From NCBI RefSeq assembly GCF_013122565.1, contig NZ_CP053258.1: a stretch of DNA of 64,000 nt. One strand, written 5' to 3'. The DNA comes from Escherichia coli. GTDB taxonomy: Bacteria > Pseudomonadota > Gammaproteobacteria > Enterobacterales > Enterobacteriaceae. Under the pieces are notes generated by a model, which saw only the letters and a list, made by a program, of their open reading frames with translations, searched no databases and had not been told where the DNA came from. Below, piece after piece: positions 43,667-56,479 of this stretch (position 1 is its first letter; each line of letters opens with the position of its first letter). Position numbers and translations under genes: made by a program.

Positions 43667-45019
43667 TTAACGCATTGTCACGAACTCTTCTGCCGCCGTT
43701 GGGTGAATGGCGACGGTATTGTCGAAGTCTTTTTTGGTTGCGCCCATCTTCAGCGCCACCGCGAAGCCCTGCAACATTTCGTCCATACCAAAGCCAATGC
43801 CGTGAATACCGACAATCTTCTCTTCTGGCCCAACGCACACCAGCTTCATGCGGCACGGCTGGCGGTGAGTGGTGACGGCGGTATACATCGCGGTGAAAGA
43901 GGATTTATACACTTTCACCTGATCGTCGCCGTACTGCTCGCGCGCCTGCGGTTCCGTTAAACCAACAGTACCAATCGGCGGATGGCTGAAGACCACGGTC
44001 GGAATGTTGCTGTAATCCAGATGCTCATCCGGCTTGTTATTAAACAGGCGTTCAGAGAGGCGGCGACCCGCTGCAACTGCCACCGGTGTCAGTTCTACTG
44101 CACCCGTGTTATCGCCCACCGCGTAAATACCTTCAATGTTGGTGTTTTGATATTTATCGACGACGATATAGCCTTTTTCGTTGGTTTTAACGCCAGCGGC
44201 TTCGAGGTTGATGTTGTCATTGGCAGGCTCGCGACCAATCGCCCAAATCAGGCAATCCACCGTTTCACTGCGACCATCTTCCAGCTCCAGCGTCAGGCTA
44301 CCATCGGCATTTTTCACTACCGCTTTCGGGATGGCGTTGGTGTGCAACTGCGAGCCTTCGGCGTTCATCACTTCGACCAGCGTTTCAGAGATCATCGGGT
44401 CGAAGCTGCGCAGCGGCGCATGTTTACGCACAAACAGATGCGTTTTCGCGCCGAGGCCGTTAATCACGCCCGCCAGCTCAACGGCGATGTAACCCGCGCC
44501 AACAACCGCCACGCGCTCTGGCAAAGCAGGAAGGGCGAAGAAGCCATCAGAATCAATACCGTATTCCACGCCCGGAATATCCGGGTGGCTCGGACGACCG
44601 CCGGTGGCGATCAGAATATGATCGGCCGTGATGGTTTCACCGTTAACTTCCAGCGTTTTGGCATCAACGAAGCGGGCAAAGCCTTTGATTACATCAACGT
44701 TATTTTTACCGAGCACGTTTTCATAGGAAGTATGAATACGGTCGATATAGGCGGTACGGCTGGCGATCAACGTTTCCCAGTTGAATTTATTGATCGTGGT
44801 ATCGAAACCATAATCCGGACCGTACATGTGGATCGCTTCACGGATTTGCGCCGCGTGCCACATCACTTTCTTCGGTACGCAGCCGACGTTCACGCAGGTG
44901 CCGCCCAGCTCTTTGGCTTCAATCAGCGCGCATTTCTGACCGTACATAGCCGCGCGGTTGATGGAGGCAATACCGCCGCTGCCGCCGCCGATGGCGATGT
45001 AATCATAGTGTTTAGTCAT
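43667..45019 (-). CDS. gor: Glutathione reductase Gor
   Basis: 450-aa ORF with FAD-binding GGGSGG motif and redox-active CVNVGC disulfide. Confidence 0.95.
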   Translation of the reverse strand: MTKHYDYIAIGGGSGGIASINRAAMYGQKCALIEAKELGGTCVNVGCVPKKVMWHAAQIREAIHMYGPDYGFDTTINKFNWETLIASRTAYIDRIHTSYENVLGKNNVDVIKGFARFVDAKTLEVNGETITADHILIATGGRPSHPDIPGVEYGIDSDGFFALPALPERVAVVGAGYIAVELAGVINGLGAKTHLFVRKHAPLRSFDPMISETLVEVMNAEGSQLHTNAIPKAVVKNADGSLTLELEDGRSETVDCLIWAIGREPANDNINLEAAGVKTNEKGYIVVDKYQNTNIEGIYAVGDNTGAVELTPVAVAAGRRLSERLFNNKPDEHLDYSNIPTVVFSHPPIGTVGLTEPQAREQYGDDQVKVYKSSFTAMYTAVTTHRQPCRMKLVCVGPEEKIVGIHGIGFGMDEMLQGFAVALKMGATKKDFDNTVAIHPTAAEEFVTMR

Positions 45020-45090
45020 GACAGAGTGTCCTTATCGTTGATTACCGCGATTGTAGCGCGAGACGTAATAGGTGCCAGCGATGGCTGCAA

Positions 45091-45933
45091 TTACTCCGGC
45101 ACGATCCAGCTTACGGTGGCGTGCCCGGTGCCAGCCGGAACCAGTTTGCTGTGCAGCCACGGCAGCACGTTATTCATCTGCTGTTCCAGCTTCCACGGCG
45201 GGTTAATCACAATCATGCCGGAAGCGGTCATGCCACGGCGATCGCTGTCTGGCAGTACCGCCAGTTCAATTTGCAGAATTTTGCGAATGCCAGTCGCTTC
45301 CAGGTCGTGGATCATGCGCTTAATTTGCTGACGCAGCACCACTGGATACCACAATGCGTAAGTGCCAGTGGCGAAACGTTTGTAGCCTTCTGCTATCCCG
45401 CTGACCACCGCCTGATAGTCGATTTTCATTTCATACGGCGGGTCGATAAGGATTAAACCACGGCGGGAAACCGGCGGCAGCTTGGCTTTAAGCTGCTGGA
45501 AACCGTCGGCTTTTTCCACGCGTGCGCGGCTGTCTTTCTGAAATTCAGAACGCAGCAACGGGTAATCGCTCGGGTGCAGTTCGGTCAGTTGCAGGCTGTC
45601 CTGTTCACGCAGTAACTGACGAGCAATCAACGGCGAACCGGGGTAGTAACGCAACTGACCGCTACGGTTGAAGTGTTTTACCACATTGATGTACGGCTCA
45701 AGCTCCGCAGGCAAATCGTCCTGCTGCCAGATACGGGCGATACCTTCGAGATATTCGCCGGTACGCTCGGCATGTTCGCTGCCTAACTGATAACGCCCGG
45801 CCCCTGCGTGGGTATCGAGATAGAGAAACGGTTTATCTTTCTCTTTCAGCGACTCGATGATCAGGCTCTGAACGGTATGTTTAAGGACGTCGGCGTGGTT
45901 GCCAGCGTGAAAGCTGTGGCGATAACTGAGCAT
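45091..45933 (-). CDS. rlmJ: 23S rRNA m6A2030 methyltransferase RlmJ (YhiR)
   Basis: 280 aa from MLSYRHSFHAGNHADVLKH; track ORF has a 17-codon N-terminal extension. Confidence 0.9.
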   Translation of the reverse strand: MLSYRHSFHAGNHADVLKHTVQSLIIESLKEKDKPFLYLDTHAGAGRYQLGSEHAERTGEYLEGIARIWQQDDLPAELEPYINVVKHFNRSGQLRYYPGSPLIARQLLREQDSLQLTELHPSDYPLLRSEFQKDSRARVEKADGFQQLKAKLPPVSRRGLILIDPPYEMKIDYQAVVSGIAEGYKRFATGTYALWYPVVLRQQIKRMIHDLEATGIRKILQIELAVLPDSDRRGMTASGMIVINPPWKLEQQMNNVLPWLHSKLVPAGTGHATVSWIVPE

Positions 45934-46135
45934 GGGTAAAGGTGTTCCGGTAAGTAAAAATCGGCCCGTATTCGGGGCGCACAAAAGTCTATCAGGACAG
46001 TATACCGAAAAGAGGCCGCCGCCGCGAAAGCGTAACGTTTCTCATTGAAATTCACTACACTTAACCCCATGCTACACACATTATGTAAAGCGCCTGTTGA
46101 GCGCTTCCTTAACCTCTTTAACCAGGACTGCGCTA

Positions 46136-48178
46136 ATGACGAATCCGTTACTGACTCCCTTTGAATTGCCTCCGTTTTCTAAAATTCTCCCGGAACATGT
46201 CGTTCCAGCCGTGACTAAGGCATTGAACGACTGCCGCGAAAACGTGGAGCGCGTAGTAGCGCAAGGGGCACCGTACACCTGGGAAAATCTCTGCCAGCCG
46301 TTGGCGGAAGTGGACGATGTGCTGGGGCGTATCTTCTCCCCGATCAGCCACCTGAACTCGGTGAAAAATAGCCCGGAACTGCGTGAAGCGTACGAACAAA
46401 CCCTGCCGCTGCTGTCGGAATACAGCACCTGGGTAGGGCAACATGAAGGGCTGTATAAAGCGTATCGCGACCTGCGCGATGGCGATCATTACGCCACGCT
46501 GAACACGGCGCAGAAGAAAGCGGTTGATAACGCACTGCGCGACTTTGAACTCTCTGGCATCGGTCTGCCGAAAGAGAAACAGCAGCGTTACGGCGAAATT
46601 GCTACCCGTCTTTCTGAACTGGGCAACCAGTACAGCAACAACGTCCTCGACGCGACGATGGGCTGGACCAAACTCGTTACCGACGAAGCGGAACTGGCGG
46701 GAATGCCTGAAAGCGCGCTGGCTGCGGCAAAAGCCCAGGCTGAAGCGAAAGAGCTGGAAGGCTACCTGCTGACGCTGGATATCCCAAGCTACCTGCCGGT
46801 AATGACCTACTGCGACAACCAGGCTCTGCGCGAAGAGATGTATCGTGCTTACAGCACCCGCGCTTCCGATCAAGGTCCGAACGCCGGTAAGTGGGACAAC
46901 AGCAAGGTGATGGAAGAGATCCTCGCGCTGCGTCACGAACTGGCGCAACTGCTGGGCTTTGAAAACTACGCCTTTAAATCCCTTGCCACTAAAATGGCAG
47001 AAAACCCGCAGCAGGTGCTTGATTTCTTAACCGATCTGGCAAAACGCGCGCGTCCGCAAGGTGAAAAAGAGCTGGCGCAACTGCGTGCCTTCGCTAAAGC
47101 CGAATTTGGCGTGGATGAGTTGCAGCCGTGGGATATCGCGTACTACAGCGAAAAACAAAAACAGCACCTCTACAGCATCAGTGACGAACAGCTGCGTCCG
47201 TACTTCCCGGAAAACAAAGCGGTTAACGGCCTGTTTGAAGTGGTTAAGCGTATTTACGGCATCACCGCTAAAGAGCGTAAAGATGTTGATGTCTGGCATC
47301 CGGATGTACGTTTCTTCGAACTGTATGACGAGAACAACGAACTGCGCGGTAGCTTCTACCTCGACCTGTATGCCCGTGAAAACAAGCGCGGCGGGGCGTG
47401 GATGGATGACTGCGTAGGCCAGATGCGCAAAGCTGACGGTTCTCTGCAAAAACCGGTCGCGTATCTGACCTGTAACTTTAACCGCCCGGTAAATGGTAAA
47501 CCGGCGCTGTTCACTCACGACGAAGTGATCACCCTGTTCCACGAGTTCGGTCACGGCCTGCACCATATGCTGACCCGCATTGAAACCGCCGGTGTTTCCG
47601 GGATCAGCGGGGTGCCGTGGGATGCGGTCGAACTGCCGAGTCAGTTTATGGAAAACTGGTGCTGGGAGCCGGAGGCGCTGGCGTTTATCTCCGGACACTA
47701 TGAAACCGGCGAACCGCTGCCGAAGGAGCTGCTGGATAAAATGCTGGCGGCGAAGAACTACCAGGCGGCGCTGTTTATTCTGCGCCAGCTGGAGTTCGGC
47801 CTGTTCGATTTCCGCCTCCATGCCGAGTTCCGCCCGGATCAGGGAGCGAAAATCCTCGAAACTCTGGCAGAAATCAAGAAACTGGTTGCCGTAGTACCGT
47901 CTCCATCCTGGGGCCGTTTCCCGCATGCTTTCAGCCATATTTTCGCCGGTGGTTATGCCGCAGGTTACTACAGCTACCTGTGGGCCGACGTGCTGGCGGC
48001 AGATGCCTTCTCGCGCTTTGAGGAAGAGGGCATTTTCAACCGTGAAACCGGGCAGTCGTTCCTCGACAACATTCTGAGCCGTGGCGGTTCAGAAGAGCCG
48101 ATGGATCTGTTCAAACGCTTCCGTGGTCGTGAACCGCAGCTGGATGCGATGCTGGAGCATTACGGCATTAAGGGCTGA
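46136..48178 (+). CDS. prlC: Oligopeptidase A (PrlC/OpdA), M3 zinc metallopeptidase
   Basis: 680 aa from [14 protein letters not shown]; HEFGH zinc-binding motif present. Confidence 0.95.
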   Translation: MTNPLLTPFELPPFSKILPEHVVPAVTKALNDCRENVERVVAQGAPYTWENLCQPLAEVDDVLGRIFSPISHLNSVKNSPELREAYEQTLPLLSEYSTWVGQHEGLYKAYRDLRDGDHYATLNTAQKKAVDNALRDFELSGIGLPKEKQQRYGEIATRLSELGNQYSNNVLDATMGWTKLVTDEAELAGMPESALAAAKAQAEAKELEGYLLTLDIPSYLPVMTYCDNQALREEMYRAYSTRASDQGPNAGKWDNSKVMEEILALRHELAQLLGFENYAFKSLATKMAENPQQVLDFLTDLAKRARPQGEKELAQLRAFAKAEFGVDELQPWDIAYYSEKQKQHLYSISDEQLRPYFPENKAVNGLFEVVKRIYGITAKERKDVDVWHPDVRFFELYDENNELRGSFYLDLYARENKRGGAWMDDCVGQMRKADGSLQKPVAYLTCNFNRPVNGKPALFTHDEVITLFHEFGHGLHHMLTRIETAGVSGISGVPWDAVELPSQFMENWCWEPEALAFISGHYETGEPLPKELLDKMLAAKNYQAALFILRQLEFGLFDFRLHAEFRPDQGAKILETLAEIKKLVAVVPSPSWGRFPHAFSHIFAGGYAAGYYSYLWADVLAADAFSRFEEEGIFNRETGQSFLDNILSRGGSEEPMDLFKRFRGREPQLDAMLEHYGIKG

Positions 48179-48185
48179 TCATTCA

Positions 48186-48938
48186 GTGAAAATCTGCTTA
48201 ATTGATGAAACAGGCACCGGAGACGGTGCCTTATCTGTTCTGGCGGCCCGCTGGGGGCTGGAGCACGATGAAGACAACCTGATGGCGCTGGTGTTAACGC
48301 CGGAACATCTGGAATTGCGCAAGCGTGATGAGCCAAAACTTGGCGGCATCTTTGTTGATTTTGTTGGCGGAGCGATGGCGCACCGACGCAAATTCGGCGG
48401 TGGTCGCGGTGAGGCGGTGGCGAAAGCGGTGGGCATTAAAGGCGATTATTTGCCGGATGTGGTGGACGCCACCGCAGGGCTGGGGCGCGATGCCTTTGTG
48501 CTGGCTTCAGTCGGCTGCCGCGTGCGGATGCTGGAGCGTAATCCAGTCGTTGCCGCATTGCTCGACGACGGCCTGGCGCGTGGTTATGCGGATGCGGAAA
48601 TCGGCGGCTGGTTGCAGGAGCGGTTGCAGTTAATTCACGCCTCCAGCCTGACGGCGCTAACCGATATTACCCCACGCCCGCAGGTGGTCTATCTCGATCC
48701 GATGTTCCCGCATAAGCAGAAAAGCGCGCTGGTGAAAAAAGAGATGCGCGTGTTTCAGTCGCTGGTGGGACCGGATCTTGATGCCGATGGATTACTGGAG
48801 CCTGCACGCTTGCTGGCGACCAAACGCGTGGTGGTAAAGCGCCCGGACTACGCGCCACCGCTGGCGAATGTCGCCACGCCAAACGCGGTAGTCACTAAAG
48901 GGCATCGCTTTGATATTTATGCCGGAACGCCGGTGTAA
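48186..48938 (+). CDS. rsmJ: 16S rRNA m2G1516 methyltransferase RsmJ (YhiQ)
   Basis: 250 aa if initiated at GTG ([10 protein letters not shown]...), 8 nt after the prlC stop; the track ORF extends upstream into prlC. Confidence 0.85.
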   Translation: MKICLIDETGTGDGALSVLAARWGLEHDEDNLMALVLTPEHLELRKRDEPKLGGIFVDFVGGAMAHRRKFGGGRGEAVAKAVGIKGDYLPDVVDATAGLGRDAFVLASVGCRVRMLERNPVVAALLDDGLARGYADAEIGGWLQERLQLIHASSLTALTDITPRPQVVYLDPMFPHKQKSALVKKEMRVFQSLVGPDLDADGLLEPARLLATKRVVVKRPDYAPPLANVATPNAVVTKGHRFDIYAGTPV

Positions 48939-48986
48939 AAGTAAAGCGGGGTAGCGATAACGCTACCCTGCTTTCTGCAAGAATAA

Positions 48987-50456
48987 TTAATGGCTTTCCG
49001 GCGTCGCAATCATGCGTTTCAGCCACGGCACCATCAACAGCATCACAACTGCAACGCCCAGCGTGACCAGACCAATCTTACCAAACACGTTGGTATAGAC
49101 GGGCAACGTCTCAAGCGGATCGGTAATGTTGTCCGGCACCGCGGTAAATGTTGCCACATAGCCGCCCAGCAAGAACGCGGCAGCCTGCGTCAGGAACCAC
49201 ATCCCGAGAATAAAGCCCATCAAATGCTGCGGCACCAGGGCAGCAATCATCGCCAGGCCAAGGGCGCTAATAAACAGTTCACCTAAGCTCTGGAATAAGT
49301 ACACCAGCACGATAAACCATGGCGATGTCAGCCCTTGTGCATCCGCAAACCACATTCCCGCAGCTGCCGCCGTCAAAAAGCCCAGTGAGCACATAAACAT
49401 GCCGAGAGTAAATTTCATCGGCATCGAGAGGTCTTTGCCTTTGTTACCCAGATGCGTGTAAATGCCTGCCAGTATTGGGCTGGCGAGTACCACCCAGAAC
49501 GGGTTAAGCGCCTGGAAGCTGACCGGGTTGATGGAAAAACCGAGAATTTCATGATGCACGTTGTTGATGGCAAAGAAGTTCAGCGATGTTGGCATCTGGG
49601 CGTAGAGAATGTAAAACACCACCGCTTCGAGCATCAGGACAAAGGCGACAAACATTTTATTGCGCCCGGTTTTATCCAGCTTGAATGCCTGACGAAAGAA
49701 GATGATGGTGACGACGATGGAGAGAACAATCAGCACCAGATTGGCGACTTCTACGTTGTGCATCAGCCAGGCACAGACGAAGATCATCACCACGCTGCCA
49801 AGTAACACGTACAACAGTTTGCTGAAGCTCATCGGCCGGAAGTCGGGTTCAGAACCAATGTCTTTCACCATTCCACGACAGGCGATGTAAACCAGTAATG
49901 CGATAATTAACCCCGCCCCGCACAGGTTGTAGGTGACAGAATAACCGAATCTATCAGCGATCACAGGGGCCAGCGATAACGCTATCAACGAGCCGATATT
50001 GATCGACATATAGAACAGGGTGAATGCGCCATCAAGCCGCGGATCTTTCGGCGGATAGCACTTCGAAAGCAAGCTGGCTGGGTTAGCTTTAAACAGGCCG
50101 TTACCGACAGCGATAGTCCCCAGGGCGATGAAAATCAGGTCAGGCTTAAGTAGCGACAGGCCGGTCATGAAGTAGCCAATCGCCAGCACAAGTGCTCCGA
50201 GAACGATGGTGCGTTTGGTCCCCAGCAGGTGGTCGCCGACATAGCCGCCAATGGAAATGAGGCCATAGACCAGCGCAGCAAAAGCACCAAAAGTGACAAA
50301 AGCCTGCTCTTGCGAGAATCCAAGCTGTTTAACGAAGAAAACCGCCAGTACGCCCTGCACGCCGTAGTAGCCGAATCGCTCCCATAACTCGACAAAAAAG
50401 ATCATGAAAAATGGGCGAGGTTGCTGCAGCATCCCCATGGGTGTTGTTGTATTCAT
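48987..50456 (-). CDS. dtpB: Proton-dependent di/tripeptide transporter DtpB (YhiP)
   Basis: 489-aa POT-family membrane protein. Confidence 0.95.
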   Translation of the reverse strand: MNTTTPMGMLQQPRPFFMIFFVELWERFGYYGVQGVLAVFFVKQLGFSQEQAFVTFGAFAALVYGLISIGGYVGDHLLGTKRTIVLGALVLAIGYFMTGLSLLKPDLIFIALGTIAVGNGLFKANPASLLSKCYPPKDPRLDGAFTLFYMSINIGSLIALSLAPVIADRFGYSVTYNLCGAGLIIALLVYIACRGMVKDIGSEPDFRPMSFSKLLYVLLGSVVMIFVCAWLMHNVEVANLVLIVLSIVVTIIFFRQAFKLDKTGRNKMFVAFVLMLEAVVFYILYAQMPTSLNFFAINNVHHEILGFSINPVSFQALNPFWVVLASPILAGIYTHLGNKGKDLSMPMKFTLGMFMCSLGFLTAAAAGMWFADAQGLTSPWFIVLVYLFQSLGELFISALGLAMIAALVPQHLMGFILGMWFLTQAAAFLLGGYVATFTAVPDNITDPLETLPVYTNVFGKIGLVTLGVAVVMLLMVPWLKRMIATPESH

Positions 50457-50670
50457 ATTTATTAACCTTCCAATACCATCCTGAAAAGTATGAACGCGTA
50501 AGGGATAACGCGCGAAAAAGTTTACATCTGTCAGAGATTCTTAATATTGATGCGGTGAATAGATTAATACACTATTACAACAGAAAATAACCAGCTGATC
50601 ACACTAATGATGGAAAATATGATGGTGTTAAATGTTGTATTGGCAGGGGGTTTTGATTGCGTGCGCAGAT

Positions 50671-50704
50671 CGTAGGCCAGATAAGGTGTTTACGCTGCAT
50701 CAGG
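50671..50704. repeat. Single REP unit
   Basis: gtaggccagataaggtgtttacgctgcatcagg resembles the REP consensus. Confidence 0.45.
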
Positions 50705-50719
50705 TAACAAGGCGCGCCA

Positions 50720-50748
50720 AAAAGCAAAACGCCCGCATATGCGGGCGT
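50720..50748 (-). terminator. Intrinsic terminator of uspA
   Basis: Palindrome acgcccgcat / atgcgggcgt followed on the minus strand by a T-rich run, about 25 nt after the uspA stop. Confidence 0.55.
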
Positions 50749-50773
50749 TCAGGAACACGTCGTGGAGAGAAGA

Positions 50774-51208
50774 TTATTCTTCTTCGTCGCGCAGCGGAAC
50801 AATCAGCATATCAACGTGAACGGTGTTGATCAGCTGACGTGCGGAAGACATCAGTTTGCTCCAGAAGTCCTGGTGGTGACCACAAACCACCAGATCCATA
50901 TCGTATTTCTTGATTGCATCGACCAGAACCTGGCCCAGGTCGCCGCTGCCGCTCAGGGTTTCAGTGATTGGGTAGCCTGCATTAGTGGAAAGCTCGGTCA
51001 GCGCATGATGTGTCTCTTCAGAGATGCGTTTCTGCATATCACCCAGATTCACATCAATAAGCCCGGTGTATAGGTCAGAGTAGTTTACATCTACGTGGAT
51101 CAGAGAAACTTTCGCATTATAGGGGCGAGCCATAGAGACTGCTTTCTCTACCAGAACTTTGCTTTCCGGGGAGAGATCGACCGCGATGAGAATGTGTTTA
51201 TAAGCCAT
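50774..51208 (-). CDS. uspA: Universal stress protein A
   Basis: 144-aa ORF recognised as UspA. Confidence 0.95.
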
Positions 51209-51598
51209 AGTGTTACTCCTTCCATAAAGTTGTCGATGACTGGCCAGCTAGCGTTTCTTGTGCCGTTACGTCACCCGCGTCCTGCGAACTACGTGCGCGG
51301 GGCTAACCCAGCCGTAAAGATTCAGTGTTAAGACCATCCTTACCTTATAGCGACCCGGATGATCCGTCAATCCGCCTTGCTTACCCGTTAGATAAACAAA
51401 TTTTCGACATGAATATATTGATAGTGGTTAACCTTCTGGAAAAAAAACAACCTGATCTCCTACACTATCTATAGAGCCGCTCGGATGTTGGTCACCACAA
51501 AAGCGGTTTCTCCAGGACCTGGTGTTAACTGATTGGCAGCGTATCGGGAGCGGTAGCCCCGGGGTGGAACTCCGCGGGCAGGTCGCCGGGGAGGAGGT

Positions 51599-51934
51599 AT
51601 GATAAGCACCGTCGCATTATTTTGGGCTTTATGTGTCGTTTGCATTGTTAACATGGCGCGCTATTTCTCATCACTACGCGCGTTGTTAGTGGTACTGCGT
51701 AACTGCGATCCATTGCTCTATCAATATGTTGATGGAGGGGGCTTTTTTACCTCACATGGTCAACCCAACAAACAGGTGCGTCTCGTTTGGTATATCTATG
51801 CCCAACGTTATCGCGATCATCACGATGATGAGTTTATTCGCCGCTGTGAGCGGGTGCGTCGGCAGTTTATTCTGACCAGCGCATTGTGTGGTCTGGTGGT
51901 GGTCAGCCTGATTGCGTTGATGATTTGGCATTAA
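51599..51934 (+). CDS. uspB: Universal stress protein B (small membrane protein)
   Basis: 111-aa ORF with two hydrophobic segments; divergent from uspA. Confidence 0.95.
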
Positions 51935-52011
51935 GCACTTCAGCAATAATAACGCATAAAAAAAGCGGGCCAGTAAACTGATCCGCTCGAGACTGATTAC
52001 AAACGCAAAAT

Positions 52012-52111
52012 TGCCTGATGCGCTACGCTTATCAGGCCTACATAATCTCTGCAATCTATGGAATTTGCATGTTTTTGTAGGCCGGATAAGGCGTTCACGC
52101 CGCATCCGGCA
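52012..52111. repeat. REP/BIME element (two inverted REP units) between uspB and pitA
   Basis: gcctgatgcgctacgcttatcaggcctac and tgtaggccggataaggcgttcacgccgcatccggca. Confidence 0.6.
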
Positions 52112-52177
52112 TGAACAAAGCGCACTATGTCATAATCTGAAGCGGGCCAGCTGACCCGCTCGTTTTGGTGTGTACGA

Positions 52178-53677
52178 TTACAGGAACTGCAAGGAGAGCC
52201 AGTACAGCCCGCCGGAAAGCAGTACCGCAGCCGGAAGGGTAAACACCCAGGCCATCAGAATGCTGGTCACGGTTTTACGCTGTAAGCCGCCACCATCTAC
52301 CACCATCGTCCCCGCGACAGAAGAGGAGAGTACGTGAGTAGTGGAAACCGGCATCCCGGTATAACTCGCCAGGCCGATAGACACTGCCGCAGTCATCTGG
52401 GCAGACATCCCCTGAGCGTAGGTCATGCCTTTCTTACCGATTTTCTCACCGATAGTCGTTGCCACACGACGCCAGCCAATCATCGTACCGATACCTAACG
52501 CCAGCGCGACCGCCATGATGATCCACACCGGTGCATACTCGATGGTGCTAAGCATGTCGGACTTCAGTTTCTTCAACAGGCGCTGATCGTCAGCACTCAC
52601 GCCAGGCATCTTCACCACTTTGTCGATAGTGTCAGAAACGCACAGCATAATGCGGCGCATCTGGCTACGTTGATCAAGCGACAGCTTGTCGTAGCTTTCC
52701 ACATCGGTAGTCAACATGCCTTTCAGGCGATTGAGCGCGTTAATGGTATTCGACGGATGGCAATGGAACTCCGCAGGTTGCGTTGCGCCAGCTTCCGGAG
52801 CCGGTACTAACTGATCAGCACCGGTAGCTTGTTTCAGCAGCGCAGGATGCTGCTCAAAGTAAGCTTCGACGTTGTTGATGGCATCACGGGTACGGGTAAT
52901 TTCGTAGCCAGTGGCATTCATGTTCACCACGAAGCCTGCTGGTGCGACACCAATCAATACCAACATAACCAGACCAATGCCTTTCTGACCATCGTTCGCG
53001 CCGTGCGAAAACGCCACGCCGATAGCGGAAAGGATCAGCGCAATACGCGTCCAGAACGGCGGCTTTTTCTTGCCGTCTTTCTTTTCACGCTCCGCTGGGG
53101 TCAGGTGGATACGGGCGCGTTTCTTGGTGCCGCTCCAGTAGCGACGCAGCAAGAAAATCAGACCGCCAGCAAACACCAGGCCGACAATAGGGGAAACGAT
53201 CAGAGAACCGAAAATACTTAATACTTTCGGGATATTGAGTGCATCCACCACTGACGTCCCGGTCATCAACGCATTGGTTAAACCAATCCCGATGATCGCG
53301 CCAATCAGCGTATGAGAGCTGGATGCAGGTAAACCAAAGTACCAGGTACCCAGGTTCCAGATAATCGCTGCCAGCAACATAGAGAACACCATGGCAAGGC
53401 CATGAGACGATCCCATATTAAGCAGCAGATCCGTCGGCAGCATATGCACAATGGCATAGGCAACACTCAGACCACCCAGCAAAACACCCAAAAAGTTGAA
53501 CACCGCCGCCATAACCACGGCGAGCTGAGAACGCATCGCGCGGGTATAGATAACGGTTGCCACGGCGTTGGCTGTGTCATGGAAACCATTGATGGCTTCG
53601 TAGAACAGCACAAAAGCCAGTGCAAGCAATAATAACAGCCCGGTATGCAAATCCAGGCCAGCAAACAAATGTAGCAT
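52178..53677 (-). CDS. pitA: Low-affinity inorganic phosphate transporter PitA
   Basis: 499-aa polytopic membrane ORF recognised as PitA. Confidence 0.95.
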
Positions 53678-53908
53678 AGGACGTTACGCCATTTTGAGGA
53701 CATGAACGCGGCGCATTATCAGTGACTTTCGCGGCGCGGGCAAAGTGAAATATAGACTTTTTTTGATTTGCCTCCTGTATGGATTTCACTCAAAAAATAA
53801 TTATCTTATATAATTCAGGCAAATACTTCCTTTTAGTAATATTGATGCTGGTGCGACCACTGAGGAATCTTTACAATTCACGCCCGTTTTTTCTTAGAGG
53901 AGCGCAAC

Positions 53909-55111
53909 GTGGAAAGGTTTGATGCCATTATTATAGGCGCTGGTGCGGCGGGTATGTTCTGTTCTGCGCTGGCAGGTCAGGCAGGACGCCGGGTTCTGCT
54001 GATCGATAATGGTAAAAAACCAGGGCGCAAAATCCTCATGTCTGGCGGTGGGCGCTGCAACTTTACCAACCTTTATGTCGAACCGGGCGCTTATCTGAGC
54101 CAGAATCCGCATTTTTGTAAGTCTGCACTCGCGCGTTTTACCCAGTGGGATTTCATTGATCTGGTCAATAAACACGGCATCGCCTGGCACGAGAAAACGT
54201 TAGGACAACTCTTCTGCGATGACTCCGCGCAGCAGATTGTCGACATGCTGGTGGATGAGTGCGAGAAGGGCAATGTGACCGTCAGATTGCGTAGCGAAGT
54301 GCTGAGCGTGGCGAAGGATGATACAGGCTTCACGCTTGAACTGAACGGCATGACTGTCGGTTGCGAAAAGCTAGTCATCGCGACCGGTGGACTGTCAATG
54401 CCGGGGCTGGGCGCGTCGCCGTTTGGTTATAAGATTGCCGAACAATTTGGCCTCAACGTGCTGCCGACCCGCGCGGGTCTGGTGCCATTCACTCTGCATA
54501 AACCGTTGCTCGAAGAGTTACAGGTGCTGGCGGGCGTGGCGGTGCCTTCTGTGATTACCGCTGAAAACGGCACCGTTTTCCGTGAGAACTTACTCTTCAC
54601 CCACCGCGGCTTGTCTGGACCGGCGGTGTTGCAAATTTCCAGCTACTGGCAACCGGGGGAATTTGTCAGCATCAATCTGCTACCGGATGTGGATCTCGAA
54701 ACCTTCCTGAATGAGCAGCGTAACGCACATCCGAATCAAAACCTGAAAAACACACTGGCGGTTCATCTACCGAAGCGGTTGGTTGAACGCTTACAGCAAC
54801 TCGGGCAAATCCCGGATGTCTCGCTAAAACAGCTCAACGTGCGTGACCAACAGGCACTGATTAGCACATTGACCGACTGGCGCGTACAACCCAACGGCAC
54901 TGAAGGCTATCGCACTGCCGAAGTGACGCTCGGCGGCGTGGACACCAACGAACTCTCTTCACGGACGATGGAAGCGCGCAAAGTGCCTGGGCTGTACTTT
55001 ATCGGCGAAGTGATGGACGTTACCGGCTGGCTGGGGGGCTATAACTTCCAGTGGGCGTGGTCGAGTGCGTGGGCTTGTGCGCAGGATTTGATTGCAGCGA
55101 AGTCGTCCTGA
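53909..55111 (+). CDS. yhiN: Putative FAD-dependent oxidoreductase YhiN (HI0933-like flavoprotein)
   Basis: 400-aa ORF with N-terminal dinucleotide-binding motif GAGAAG. Confidence 0.9.
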   Translation: MERFDAIIIGAGAAGMFCSALAGQAGRRVLLIDNGKKPGRKILMSGGGRCNFTNLYVEPGAYLSQNPHFCKSALARFTQWDFIDLVNKHGIAWHEKTLGQLFCDDSAQQIVDMLVDECEKGNVTVRLRSEVLSVAKDDTGFTLELNGMTVGCEKLVIATGGLSMPGLGASPFGYKIAEQFGLNVLPTRAGLVPFTLHKPLLEELQVLAGVAVPSVITAENGTVFRENLLFTHRGLSGPAVLQISSYWQPGEFVSINLLPDVDLETFLNEQRNAHPNQNLKNTLAVHLPKRLVERLQQLGQIPDVSLKQLNVRDQQALISTLTDWRVQPNGTEGYRTAEVTLGGVDTNELSSRTMEARKVPGLYFIGEVMDVTGWLGGYNFQWAWSSAWACAQDLIAAKSS

Positions 55112-55372
55112 GCTATTTTTCCTAAAGATGAAAATTATTAGAGTCGCATTAAAAATGAGCTAATTTTGATAGTGGCTATCTTGTGATTATTTTCTAATGA
55201 GCCCGTGAACTGACCCCCCCATGCTTAATATAAGGTGGAGGGAAAGGTGATTGAAAACTCACCCAGTGGGCTGATCTTTATAAAATATGAACAGGTTGAA
55301 AAAAACAGTAACTTTGCTGTTTTTTATACTTAACCACTATGCATTAATGCTGCGTTATTTCATTCTACCTAA

Positions 55373-55412
55373 GAAAAACCAGCGTTACGCAAATGGTCAA
55401 CGCTGGTTTTAT
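55373..55412 (-). terminator. Putative intrinsic terminator of yhiM
   Basis: Stem aaccagcgtt / aacgctggtt followed on the minus strand by tttttctt, just downstream of the yhiM stop. Confidence 0.5.
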
Positions 55413-55426
55413 CCGGTACGTTGCAA

Positions 55427-56479
55427 TTATTTTTTAGCAGAACCCGCTTCTAATATTGAAACGATTGAGAACAACGTAAAGCATACCGCTCCCAAACCGA
55501 CCAGAACCCGCGAAGGAATAAAATATCCCATGTCGGTCTGCGCCATTTCCGCTAGAAACGATGCCAGGAAAAGGCAAAACAGGCAGGTGAAGACGGGAAT
55601 CATCGGTATTCTGTTGGCTAAAGAACAGGTCCGTCTCCAGACCAGTGCCAGTAGCCAGACTTTTGAGAATATGCTGTAACAGATCATTCCGAGGCAAATG
55701 AGAATAATGCCGGGGGCCAGTCGGGCGCTTGCATCGGAACTGACTAACACATATATGCCCTGCAGCACCGTGATTGAGCCGAGAAAAATAACCCAATAAC
55801 ACCACAGCCAGTGCTCTTTGGAAGAGAACGTATTACGTGTTTGATGGACGATTGTGGCAACAAGGCCAATTAGACAGGCACAGATTGCGGTTAACCCAAG
55901 CAATACGTGACCGGCGACATAATGCGGAGTTATGTCGGCACTACGTAACAGCGTAATAGACCAAATGAAACCGAGCAGAGTGAGCAAAACGGGAACGGCA
56001 ATGAGGCAATTACCGATTAATGAAGAATAAGCCTGTACCGGTGTTCCGTCGCTCTTGCTCCCCGCTGCGTTTTTAGGAATGAGCAGAAAGTGACCGGATG
56101 ACGCTGCCACCGTCGATACACAGGCGGCAATCATACCAACGCCGAAAATAACATGGCCGGCGACAAACTCGTCTGCCATCACATCATTACCTGCTAACAG
56201 TGTCCAACCCCATATCATGGTGATAATTGACCCCGCATAGCCAATAATGGGGAACAATGTATTGTAAAACGTATTAACGCCGCGCGTGAGCTGCGAAATG
56301 ATAATAAATGCGGTAGTGAATAATGCCAGGCATATGGCTGCCAGAGAAATCAGCACATGACCCGCGACGAAATACTCGCTTTGCCCTGAACTTTCCAGCA
56401 CAAAGCCACCTAACGCGATACAAATCAAGCCCATAATTAAAGGGATTAATTTGAAAAGCCACCCGATATATATGTTCAC
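55427..56479 (-). CDS. yhiM: Inner-membrane acid-resistance protein YhiM
   Basis: About 350 aa from VNIYIGWLFKLIPLIMGL (GTG start); repeated FVAGHV motifs in TM helices; track ORF extends 33 codons upstream. Confidence 0.85.
   Translation of the reverse strand: MNIYIGWLFKLIPLIMGLICIALGGFVLESSGQSEYFVAGHVLISLAAICLALFTTAFIIISQLTRGVNTFYNTLFPIIGYAGSIITMIWGWTLLAGNDVMADEFVAGHVIFGVGMIAACVSTVAASSGHFLLIPKNAAGSKSDGTPVQAYSSLIGNCLIAVPVLLTLLGFIWSITLLRSADITPHYVAGHVLLGLTAICACLIGLVATIVHQTRNTFSSKEHWLWCYWVIFLGSITVLQGIYVLVSSDASARLAPGIILICLGMICYSIFSKVWLLALVWRRTCSLANRIPMIPVFTCLFCLFLASFLAEMAQTDMGYFIPSRVLVGLGAVCFTLFSIVSILEAGSAKK

Noticed and set aside
43982-45331. 449-aa ORF on the + strand
   Set aside because: Lies entirely antisense to gor and rlmJ; composition looks like a mirror-frame artefact of a well-conserved gene (Arg/Gly/Ala/His-rich, no recognisable domain). 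Not a gene.
46148-47938. Two long minus-strand ORFs (266 aa and 303 aa)
   Set aside because: Both are antisense to prlC, with low-complexity Arg/Gln/Phe-rich translations; the prlC frame is the recognisable one.
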